From: Zygnema circumcarinatum SAG 698-1b
Taxonomy: Eukaryota; Plantae; Zygnematophyceae
DNA length: 64,000 bases
NCBI GenBank assembly: GCA_037447605.1
Contig: CM074804.1
Location: 6,177,909-6,241,908 of the forward strand
Direction of reading: 5' to 3'
Shown: piece after piece, positions 11,854-21,757 of the stretch
Numbering within the stretch: the first letter of the stretch is position 1
Layout: every line of letters begins with the position of its first letter
The notes under the pieces: model-generated
Seen by the model: only the letters and a program-made list of their open reading frames with translations
Databases searched by the model: none
Told to the model about the DNA's origin: nothing
Made by a program: the position numbers and the translations under genes

Positions 11854-14800
11854 TTACTTCTCGTTGATGCCGAGCATCTCCGTACAGATTCGCATCCTGA
11901 CGCCTGACAGACCCTTCGTAAGCATGTCTGCTGGCTGCTCTTCCGTTGGAACGAAAATAGGGTTGATTTCCCCATCTTCTACCTGCTCCCTGATATAGTG
12001 AAAAGCGAGTTTAAAGTGTTTGCTCTTCCTGTGATTCACTGGATTCTCCATAATGGCAATAGCAGACTTGTTGTCAATCCGCAAAGGAATCGCCTGCTGC
12101 ATAATCCCACATTCTGTGAAGAAAGACTTAAGCCAGTTGGCTTCTCTAGCTGCATCACGAGCAGCAATGTACTCTGCCTCCGTGGTTGATAAGGCGACCG
12201 TGTCCTGGAGTCTTGAACTCCAACTGATGCAGCTTCCTGAACAGGTAAATACCACTCCGGATGTTGACCGTCCAGTATCAAAATCTCCTCCCCAATCTGA
12301 ATCAGAATATCCTTCAACCATGATAGGCCCTCCAAGTTTGTATCGAAGACCGTAGTGCTTAGTTCCTTGCACATAGCGAAAAATTCTCTTGACAGCTTCC
12401 CAATGTGTCCATCCTGGGTCATGCATGTAGCGGCTCACTGAGCTAACGGCTTTAGCTAAATCTGGTCTTGTACCTGTCATAAGGTACATAAGGCTTCCAA
12501 CAGCCTGCCTGTAGGGGACATTGCGCATCTTCTTCCTGTCCTGCTCTGTCTTTGGAGATTGCTCTGTAGATAGCTTAACAGCTGGGTCAATAGGCGTGGG
12601 TGATGTCTTCACATCAGCGAATCCAAATTTCTCTAAGATGTCGTTTGCATAGGTCTCTTGAGTTAGTGAGATTTCTCCCTGCGACCCCCTCTGAATCTGA
12701 ATCCCGAGTAGAAATTGAGCTTCTCCAACAAGTTGCATTTTGAAATTCTCCATCAAAATCTCCTTGAATGCATTGATGCTGTCCATTGAAGCACTAACGA
12801 TAATCAAATCATCCACATAAATTCCAACGTACATTCTTTCTGTTCCTTCTCCACGCATGTAGACTGACTGATCATTCTCGAATCTGATGAACTTGTGTGA
12901 CTTCATGACTTCATTGATTTTCTGATACCAGGCCCTGGGTGCTTGCTTGAGACCATAAAGGGTCCTGTTCAGATGACATACCAGATTCTCCTTTCCAGCC
13001 CGAATTGTCCCTTCTGGCTGCTCCATGAAGATGTCTTCTTGCAACTCTCCATTCAAAAATGCTGTCTTCACATCCATTTGCTGAATGTGCATCTTCTCCG
13101 CGGCTGCAATAGCAATCAAGCTCCTCAAGGAATTGTATTTCACTACAGGGGCAAACGTTTCTTGGTAGTCAATCCCATATTCCTGTGAATATCCCTTCGC
13201 AACTAATCGTGCCTTGTATCTCTCAATGGATCCGTCTGCCTTCCTCTTGATTTTGAATGTCCATTTGCATCCAATTGCAGTTCTTCCTGAGGGTAGGGGC
13301 TGCAAGCTCCACGTTTTGTTCTCTCTCAAACTCTTCAATTCTTCATTGATTGCCTGCTTCCATTTTTCTGCGTCTGGACCTGAGATTGCTTCTTGGTAAG
13401 TCTCAGGCTCTCCAATCCTAGCTCTTGAACAAGCAGCGATGAAAATTAGGTCTTCTGAATCTGTCGGAATGCGAACATTGAGTGCAGTGGCCCTTCTAAA
13501 ATTTCTCGGACGCTCTTCTTCAGTCCTTCTTGGTTCTGCACTGCGATTTGCAATTCTCTGACTTCTCCTTAACAAGGGTTCTGGAATCTGTGATGCAGAT
13601 CTGCCGCTCTCTGTCGTGGGTGATGAAATTTCAGATCCGTCCAAGTTCACCTCCGGTCTTGCTCTTGCGTCTCTCTCAATGCTACAATCAGGTTCTTCAA
13701 CATCTCTTGGGCTTGGCGGTGTTGAGTTTTCCGTTTCTGAACTATCTCCTCCTGCGTCAATGTAAATCTCCTCTCTCTCCTTGATCTTCAGGTCTTGGAC
13801 TCTCTGATTTTTCTGCATCTCTCTCTCCAAGACTACAACATCTCTGCTCTTGATCACTTTCTCCCTCTCTGGATCATAAACTCTGTATGTCAAACTGTCA
13901 CCATCATATCCTACCAGGAATCCTTTTGAGCCAGTCGGTTCAAACTTTCCTCCTCTCTTGACTTTCGGAATGTTGACAATGCACGGTGATCCCCAGACTT
14001 TTATGTGCTTCACATTTGGTTTGACTCCAGTCCACAAATTTTGAGGCACATACTTGAACTCGAGTGTGGCAGTGGGGGACCTATTACGGATGTATGCTGC
14101 GGCTGTAATTGCTTCTGCCCAAAAACTGACGTCCAATGTTGAATCTTCAATCATAGACCGGGCCATCTCTGTCAAAGTCCTGTTTAATCTCTCCGCTGCA
14201 CCATTACTTTGAGGACAATAAGGTGCAGTAAACTGATGATGGATCCCTGTTGCTTTGCAATGCTCTAAGAAAGCTGCAGAGACATATTCCCCTCCATTAT
14301 CTGTCCGCAAGAATGCAATTTTCTCTCCTGTCTCAACTTCAACTTGTTTCTGCCATGTTTGAAACACTCCAAGTACTTCTGACTTCCTCTTTATTGGGAA
14401 TACCCAACACTTCCTTGAGTAATCATCAAGAAAAGTGACAAAGTATTCAGCTCCCCCTCTACTTGTTGGACTGATTTGTCCGCAAACATCTGAATGTATC
14501 AACTCCAACTTCCTCTTGGCTTGGAAACCACGCTCTCCATGATCATGATGCGGTTTCTTGTGACTCTTGCTGGTCAAGCAGCATTCACATTCTGTTCTGG
14601 CTCCTTCGTCAGTCACTCCTTGCATCCCAATGACTAGATCTCCATCTGCCAGCATACTCACATTCCTCTTGTTTAGGTGGCCGAATCTGCGATGCCACAG
14701 GGTTAGGGATTCTTTCTCTGCTACTGACTGCACCTTCACACTGTCATTCCATCTCTGCCACTTAAGGTAGTAAAGTCCACCTCTACTTGGTCCTTCACCA

Positions 14801-16266
14801 ATTATTCTTCCAGACTCATCTTCAATTAACTTGCAAAATGGCTTCTTGAATAAGAAAGTGCGATCATCGTCAAGTAGCTGGTTCACTGACAATAGATTGT
14901 ACTTCATTGCTGTTGTGCAGAGCACGTTCTGGATCTTCACCTTCACCGGCTTATCCGCCACGAAAAGCTCAACTGCGACAGTACCAATCTGATCTACCTT
15001 GATTCTCCTTCCATCAGCAACTTCAAGAATTCTTGGTACTGGTAGTGTCCTCATTGACTCGAAGAGATCAAAGTCTTTGCAGATGTGATTTGATGCTCCT
15101 GTGTCAACTAGCCATTCGGTCTCCTTTACTGATGTTGCGTTCACAGTTGTGACTGTGAGGATCGTCACCAAATTTGCATGGTCTTCTTTCTCCTCTTCTG
15201 TGACGACGGCTGCATGGTCTCTATTGTGTGTGCAATTTCTGGCAGAGTGGCCAGGTTTTCCACAAGTGTAACAGTAACCCCTAAAGCTACTAGTCGCTCC
15301 TCCTCTTCCACCTCTAAAACCACCTCTGAATCCTCCTCCTCTGGACATTCCACCATGGCTCTGGTCTCTTGCTTCAGCACCTCCAATTTGATTCTGAGTG
15401 TTCCTTGTCTTTGTGCAGTCACGTGCGTAGTGACCAGACTCTCCACATGAGTAACAAATGGTTTGTGCGTTCATGGCTCTTCCTGGGTTGCCAAAGCCTC
15501 CTCGGCCACGACCTCTTCCTCTGTCACCTCTACTGGCACTTCCTCTACCGCAATCTCCTCTTGTTATCGCCATCGCTGACTCTGTATCAATAACCTTCAT
15601 CCTCCCCTTCTTTTTCTGGTAATCCTCAGCTTCCTGAATTCTGGCTTTAGCTATATCAAGCGTCATTCCTGATGCATGGGTCTGAATTATCAGATTGTCT
15701 GCAGTCACCTCAAATCTGTTTGCAAGCCCGCTCAAATACACAAATGATTGGGCGTTTTCAGGCACCTCAGTCCCTGTCAATTCCAACCTCTGCAAAACTC
15801 CATCAAATCTGATCGTGTACTCCTGCAACGTCTCCGACTCCTTCATCCGGATGTTATGAAAGTCCGCATAGGCTGAGACACTTAGAGCTGTTCCCTTTGC
15901 AGCGTAGATAGTATCTAATTTGTTCCACATCTCAGCTGCAGTTTTCCCTCTTAGCATCCTAGAATGAGTCTCCTTAATTGTAGTCAGGATAGTGGCCTGT
16001 GCTTTCCCTTCTCTCCTTTCCCAAGCGTCATGTGCCACAGGATCGGTAGCTGCTGGCTCAGGGTCTTTCCCAAGAACTGTCTTTAGCAAACCTTTTGCCA
16101 TAAAGACTGCCAGCAATCTGTTACTCCACGAATCATAGTTACTCCCATCCAATAATCTGATTGAATATTTCTCATCGTCTTCTCCTCCTGTTGCTCTGAT
16201 ACCACTTGTTGAAGACATGACTGTCTTCTTATCTTCTATCTCCAACTCAGATCTACCAACCTTCAT
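11854..16266 (-). CDS. Copia Gag-Pol polyprotein (1470 aa)
   Basis: Gag (LDGSNYDSW), two CCHC knuckles (CYSCGESGHYARDC, CYTCGKPGHSARNC), protease WLVDTGASNHI, LWHRRFGH/CECC zinc finger, integrase HSDVCG...TDNGGEY...AERLNRTL, KGFLVGY, RT YKARLVAKGY...YVDDL, RNase H YSDSDW...TEAEY...IDNKSA. Confidence 0.98.
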   Translation of the reverse strand: MKVGRSELEIEDKKTVMSSTSGIRATGGEDDEKYSIRLLDGSNYDSWSNRLLAVFMAKGLLKTVLGKDPEPAATDPVAHDAWERREGKAQATILTTIKETHSRMLRGKTAAEMWNKLDTIYAAKGTALSVSAYADFHNIRMKESETLQEYTIRFDGVLQRLELTGTEVPENAQSFVYLSGLANRFEVTADNLIIQTHASGMTLDIAKARIQEAEDYQKKKGRMKVIDTESAMAITRGDCGRGSASRGDRGRGRGRGGFGNPGRAMNAQTICYSCGESGHYARDCTKTRNTQNQIGGAEARDQSHGGMSRGGGFRGGFRGGRGGATSSFRGYCYTCGKPGHSARNCTHNRDHAAVVTEEEKEDHANLVTILTVTTVNATSVKETEWLVDTGASNHICKDFDLFESMRTLPVPRILEVADGRRIKVDQIGTVAVELFVADKPVKVKIQNVLCTTAMKYNLLSVNQLLDDDRTFLFKKPFCKLIEDESGRIIGEGPSRGGLYYLKWQRWNDSVKVQSVAEKESLTLWHRRFGHLNKRNVSMLADGDLVIGMQGVTDEGARTECECCLTSKSHKKPHHDHGERGFQAKRKLELIHSDVCGQISPTSRGGAEYFVTFLDDYSRKCWVFPIKRKSEVLGVFQTWQKQVEVETGEKIAFLRTDNGGEYVSAAFLEHCKATGIHHQFTAPYCPQSNGAAERLNRTLTEMARSMIEDSTLDVSFWAEAITAAAYIRNRSPTATLEFKYVPQNLWTGVKPNVKHIKVWGSPCIVNIPKVKRGGKFEPTGSKGFLVGYDGDSLTYRVYDPEREKVIKSRDVVVLEREMQKNQRVQDLKIKEREEIYIDAGGDSSETENSTPPSPRDVEEPDCSIERDARARPEVNLDGSEISSPTTESGRSASQIPEPLLRRSQRIANRSAEPRRTEEERPRNFRRATALNVRIPTDSEDLIFIAACSRARIGEPETYQEAISGPDAEKWKQAINEELKSLRENKTWSLQPLPSGRTAIGCKWTFKIKRKADGSIERYKARLVAKGYSQEYGIDYQETFAPVVKYNSLRSLIAIAAAEKMHIQQMDVKTAFLNGELQEDIFMEQPEGTIRAGKENLVCHLNRTLYGLKQAPRAWYQKINEVMKSHKFIRFENDQSVYMRGEGTERMYVGIYVDDLIIVSASMDSINAFKEILMENFKMQLVGEAQFLLGIQIQRGSQGEISLTQETYANDILEKFGFADVKTSPTPIDPAVKLSTEQSPKTEQDRKKMRNVPYRQAVGSLMYLMTGTRPDLAKAVSSVSRYMHDPGWTHWEAVKRIFRYVQGTKHYGLRYKLGGPIMVEGYSDSDWGGDFDTGRSTSGVVFTCSGSCISWSSRLQDTVALSTTEAEYIAARDAAREANWLKSFFTECGIMQQAIPLRIDNKSAIAIMENPVNHRKSKHFKLAFHYIREQVEDGEINPIFVPTEEQPADMLTKGLSGVRMRICTEMLGINEK
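16193..16204 (-). other. Primer-binding site TGGTATCAGAGC (initiator tRNA-Met)
   Basis: Lies 2 nt inside the 5' LTR end; canonical complement of the tRNA-iMet 3' end. Confidence 0.95.
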
Positions 16267-16590
16267 TCAATCAATGGAATTTGCATCCTATGCATACATC
16301 ATATAAAATGGCATCCTATGCCTTGAATTCAGCAAAGCCGGCGGCAAAACAGAATTACAAAAGTCGGGTCCCAAAGCCAACTTAAGGAACAATCAAGACG
16401 ATGGGTTAAGGGCAATCAATCCTAGCCGTCCGATCTACAAATCTCAAGATCAACGGTATTTGTTCTATCCTACCAAAACTGGGCCGATGTAACAGGCCGT
16501 ACAAAATCGTCCGTACTTTCTATCCGTACATAAAATTGTACAACTGAAACTGTGACTAAATGACAGTCGAAAAGTGACATTTCCTTCACA
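16207..16590 (-). repeat. 5' LTR of the copia element
   Basis: 384 bp, 383/384 identical to the 3' LTR, flanked by TSD CACCC. Confidence 0.98.
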
Positions 16591-18809
16591 CACCCATCAT
16601 GAATTACTCCAAAAAACCTTTTTAGAATTAACCATAGTCTGGAAAACTCCTAAGAAAAACTAAATTCCAAATCATAACCTCCAAAGGTTTGAGTGTTAAC
16701 CACAAAAACTAAAACTAAGATATGAACTGAAATTGGAAATGAAATGAAACGTAGTCTTACTCCCTTTGCCGCGGCTTCTAGCCTGAACAAGACCGCTCTA
16801 CAACTATTGCAAACCACTCAAGAAGACCTTCGACGAGCATTCAGATCATCAAACTGCTTGCAATAAAGAATGCCTTCCAACGAAAAGTCTGTCAAACGCT
16901 TCCGAAATGCGTCTTTTTCCCATCCAATTACTGAAAATTCTGACTCGATAGTATGAGTGTTGGGAAATGTTCAAGCAATGTCTCGGCATAATTCTCGCAA
17001 CATTGGAAAACTTTCCCCAATGCCTGCAGCATTCCAGCCTGCAAAAAAGTCTGTGCTTGCATCGCAGGCAGGCAGACCAACCAACAGGTAGACAGGAGGC
17101 CGGCCGCAGGAAGCAGCCAGGCCCGCGCAAAAGGATGCAGGCGCCCAGCAAGAGGCAGGCTGCAATCAGGCGGCTGCTTTGTCCGTACATGTACGGCTTC
17201 AACCGTACGTGCTCTAAATACGGCTTTTCCCAAAACCAATTTATGGGGAAAACCATTACCTTTGGCCAAGTTACCTTATTTGAGGATGCCTGGAGCCAAG
17301 CGAAACCGCTCTCTCCTTTCTCCTCTCTCCTCTCTCCTCTCCCCTCTCATGGCATCGCTCCGGTCGAGGAACGACCTGACGTCGTGATGGGTTCAATGGC
17401 GCAAGGCCGGGCGGGCTGGCTGGAGCATGGGGAGGATTGGCGAATAGAACAGAATAGAATGAGTGTCGCCTCATGCATGTACGTGGAGTTTTTAAGGGAC
17501 ATGCTGTAGAGTGTAGAGAACGTGAGCACATCTGTGATTTGTCGAGGTACCGCTGTTGATCACCTGCACGACATGGGCAATTTTCTGGATACTTTCTGCC
17601 TCCTGCGCGAGGGCAATGCTTTTCTTTAGCATGATGTTGGTACGTACACGAGTATTCTCCCGAGATTGATTGGTAACATGCCAAAACATGTCTTTACTTT
17701 CTGGATAATATTTCTAAAGAAAGTTCTCACCATCTTTCCTTCAGTTAATCTTTTCTCTTTTTCGGAAATATTCTCTCTTTCCCTGGATGATCTATCCGAT
17801 CGAATCGATACATCCTGATTGCAGTCACTGCTTTCATTCGACTGTCAACCCCTCAGCCATTCCCATCCCTTTCCTCCAACATTTAACAACACATTCATCC
17901 ACTGAACGAGAGCATTCCCATTTAAAAACTTGTATAATATTCATCAACACAATGTGACAGATCGTTGTAAGTACGAAATGGGATTAAACGTAGCTAAACA
18001 CTTTCAGGTACCCCTTAGAGTGCTGCAAGCTAGGTAAAGTTGCATCAGTATTCAGCTGGCTACCCTGCTGGTTTTTGAGGCAACAGACTGCAGGAAGAAA
18101 ACAATATTGCTTTTGCTATCTCCTTACAGAAAAACAGGAACAGAAACAGTTCCATACAACTTCCTCATAGTTCACATACACTAAATGCAGAAAATCAATG
18201 CAGAAACTACCTTCATCACCAACCAGAGCGCAACAAGATTGCGACTCTGGAAAAAATGACCGAACGCTTTCAAGGAACCAATAAGGCACCCGAAAAAAGG
18301 GGCTAAGGCTAACACATCTACCAGGGAAATACACAAATACCGTGACACCTAACAACAGGCAAAAAATAAAAAAATGAACCACAGTTTGGAGTTATTCTGC
18401 CAAACTGAAAAGATCCCTGGCCCACAGTCCCTGCAGGTAGCCCTCTTCATAGAAGGACTTGAAAACCACGAGTCGGATGAGATACCCGGGACCAGATGCC
18501 GCAGGATGCCGCAGGGACTCCTGAAAAGGGTGTGCAGAGGAATCGACGAGCCGGGGCCGCAGGTAAACAGCGAGCTGTGCAGATCTCTCGCCAGTCTTCC
18601 ACGCAGTCGGAAAACCCCGGGCTCTTTGCTCCATCATATGCTTGCATGACCTACCAAGCCCTGTCCGTGACAGGGGAAAAAACAAGGGACGTAATTGACT
18701 GTCAACGTTCTTACAACACAAAGTGCTTTATGATCCCCAATGGGTTTGTTGCTGGACGCCTTCGGTTTCGCAGCCTCCATCACTTGATTCCTTCTTGGGC
18801 GAGCTCCAC

Positions 18810-20868
18810 TCAAAAACTGTAACGTGCTCTCATGTTCATACCACCCAGGGGAACGCCTGAACTTTCCAGATACGACCAGAGGGACGATTCGCCACCCGCT
18901 TGAGCAGTTGACTGTCTCTCATCTCCACTATCATACAGATAATTGCAAAGAGGTCGGCTACAGCCTGAGAGGGAGGGGGCCTGCTGGCAGCCTTGCAGGA
19001 AAAGCAGCTTCTCTGAGGGACACGGCGCGTTCCCAACTGTCACAGGGAGTGTGACGGGACGGGCAGGTTGCTGTGGAAATGGGCCAGACTCCACAAGACG
19101 AGGCACGCCAGAATGTTCCGGCAAGAAAATGTCATCAAACATCGTCGCCACAGGACTAGAATTTTCGTGAGGTGAGACCAAGTGATTGAAGGTTCCCCCT
19201 CCGCGGCCCGCTGCAACAATATCCTCCAGCAGCCCCCCTGCAGAGGCTCCATTCAACGGGAAACTAGTTGGCTCAGTCACGCTAGGTTCTACGGGAGCAT
19301 CTCCTGGAAACACGTCCGCCCACAATAGCTCCTCCAGCATTTCTAAGGTCTGCACATCACTTTGGCTGCCGACCTGCTGCAGTTGCAATTCGAGCGCTTT
19401 CTCTTGCTCCATCGCCTCTTCCCCCCCGAAAAGAAACCTCTGCAGCATATTGTTTACAACCGTCTCTTCCTCCTCACTGCTGCGACCACACGAGTCTTCC
19501 GCCCTCCATTCCACATCCCTCACATTCTGAAGCTCGCCCGCCCAGCTGACAGGGCCCCCGAAAGCTTCAAAGGTTTCAGCCGACGAGTCTTGGAGGCTTG
19601 ATACGTCAGAGACGAGAGACACTAGCGTCCCCGACAAGGACGTGCTTGAATCGAAGGCCGTAGAGGTAGTGGAGGAGGCCGAGAGGGAGGTCACCAGCGG
19701 ATGCATATCCGAGTCACCGCCACTCCCCGCGGAAGTTTTCCAACTCCAGCTCCGAAGCTCGGGAACTCCAGATTCAGGAATTCCCAGCCTTGCAGGGAAT
19801 GCTGACATCGACGGCGGCTTTTCGGCATAGACTTCCTGCGCAATCAGAGCACGTCAATCTGATTAGAAAACAGAAAAACAATACACTGGAGAGTCAATTT
19901 AAAGCGGTTATGCGTCGACCTGCAACCAGAAATGGAAGCGGTTCAGGAGGCTTGCCTGAGGCGAAATGTCGTTTTCCAAAAAGGTCCAGTCATCCTCGCC
20001 CGGCCATGCACTCTCCATGCTTGGGTCCGACTCTTCTGGGAGCAGCTCGACAGCATTGTCCTGCAGCACCGCAATGTAGAAGAAGCAAATACTGTGAGTA
20101 CTTGTGCTGACGACTACAAGATTCCAGAGTTAATCGAAAGATGAGCGAACAATGGGCGTGTGCATGACACGTGCATACCTTGTTGTCTGCCGTGAGGCAG
20201 TACTTTGCCAGAAGCGCCGGGTATTTCTTCTTAAGAGTGGAATGCCAGTGATTCTGGAGCAACCGCATGAGTCAATCCGAGTCAGAGTCTGAACACAACT
20301 CGGAGACAACCAGCAATGGGTGCGTGAAAGAACAACGGGCAGTACATTCCTGCTCAGTTGCACACCTTGATAGCGCTGTCGGTGCGACCGGGAAGGCCCT
20401 TGGCCATGACGGCCCACTTGGAGCCTAAAACGGTGTAGCTGAGCACGACATGGCGGTCCTCCTCCTCTGTAAAGGGCAGCTTCACAACCTGCATTCAAGC
20501 CAAATGCAAAGTCTCGTCTAGTTAAGATTCCGTTCAAACGGAGCTTCAGGCACTACACGAGAAGAGAGAGGAGGCTCAAAGAGCAGCAATGGCAGCTGCC
20601 TCACCTGCGGGTGCAAGTGGTTGCACCACCGCAGGCGGCAGCTCTTGCTGCTGCGGCCCTTCAAGCCCTTGGCGATCTCCCCCCAGCGCTTGGCCCCCAT
20701 CTCCTGCACGAGCATGCGCAGGATAGCGTCTTCCTCCTTCGTCCAGGCGCGCCGCATGCTCTCCCAAGCCTCTCCCGCCACCGCCGAGGCCGCACGGCTA
20801 CGGCGCCGTCGCTTCCTCCGCTTCCCCTCGCCAATTCTGGAGGAAGGATCAGCATTTTGATTCCCCAT
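18810..20868 (-). CDS. MYB: R2R3-MYB transcription factor (~530 aa); exons 20605-20868, 20366-20488, 20179-20253, 19956(or 19921)-20060, 18810-19835
   Basis: R2: RRAWTKEED...W..IA..L.GRSSKSCRLRWCNHLHPQ; R3: KLPFTEEED...GSKWAVMAKGLPGRTDSAIK|NHWHSTLKK. All junctions are phase 0, and the C-terminus is a long acidic Ser/Pro-rich region. Confidence 0.92.
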
Positions 20869-21032
20869 AGCCTCACTTCCCGGCCCACTCGTTCCTTCCT
20901 CGGCCTACCCACGCTACCTCCCTCCTCCCTCCCTCCCCTCCCCTCCGACTGTCCGCTGCCCCTCCCTCTCCCTTCCGCCCCGCCGCCCGCCAGAAAATAT
21001 AGGAGCGCGACTGACGGTTAGGGGCCGCGGTG

Positions 21033-21179
21033 CCGTACGGCGGTGACGTGTCAGGTGTGGAGGGCGTACGGCAGGCCGTACGGCGTCCCCCGATGGAATC
21101 GCGCGCGGGCGCCGCGTGGCGGGTCACTCCCGCGACACGCCGAACTATCGCTGCGGGGGGCCGCTGCCGTTCCGTACGG
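21033..21179. promoter_or_regulatory. Cluster of 4 CGTACG motifs (3 perfect CCGTACGG) upstream of MYB
   Basis: CCGTACGG at 21033, 21076 and 21172; CGTACGG at 21065. Confidence 0.5.
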
Positions 21180-21396
21180 ACGGGCGGACGGCCGCACGGC
21201 AGCCGACAGGATGCGGGCACACGCCGCCGCCGCAGGGGGTCGCCGCAGTCGCTTCTGCGAATTAGCAGAACAGGACAAGCGGCCCGAGGGCTTCGGCTGC
21301 CCGCCCTGCCTGCCCGCTTGCCCGGGCTGCCCGGGCTGCCGGGCAAGGAGATCAGGGCCGGCCCAGGCCGTGATGGGATGGGATGGGTCCAACCAG

Positions 21397-21757
21397 TATA
21401 GATCCGTATGTATCAAACGCGTGTATTAATACACTGTATAATACATGCGTATTATACACCATTTTAAAAATACAGTGTATTTTATATGTATTTAACGTAT
21501 TTTCTTTTGATTTCTCGCTAATTGAACAGAGATTGATTATTGGCCAACCAACAACTCAACACGTGTGACGGGCCACACGTGTGACACGTGTGGCCGTATA
21601 GTTCCGTACACAGTTTTCGTACAGAAATTCCGTACGACTCTATGTCTGGTTGTACGGATGTTAACAGTTGCGTTCGGGTTTTATACAATGTAAAATACTG
21701 TATTAATACTGTATTATACATTGTATTAAACCTCAAAGTGTATAATACGGATCTATA
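21397..21757. mobile_element. Non-autonomous hAT-type MITE (361 bp)
   Basis: Perfect 13-bp TIR TATAGATCCGTAT/ATACGGATCTATA, 8-bp TSD CCAACCAG (21389-21396 and 21758-21765), AT-rich with subterminal GTATTAATAC/TGTATAATACA repeats, no ORF. Confidence 0.9.

Larger units (their letters stand above)
11454..16590 (-). mobile_element. Intact full-length Ty1/copia LTR retrotransposon (5137 bp)
   Basis: Two 384-bp TG...CA LTRs, 5-bp TSD CACCC (11449-11453 and 16591-16595), tRNA-iMet PBS, PPT and one uninterrupted 1470-aa gag-pol ORF with copia domain order PR-INT-RT-RH. Confidence 0.99.
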
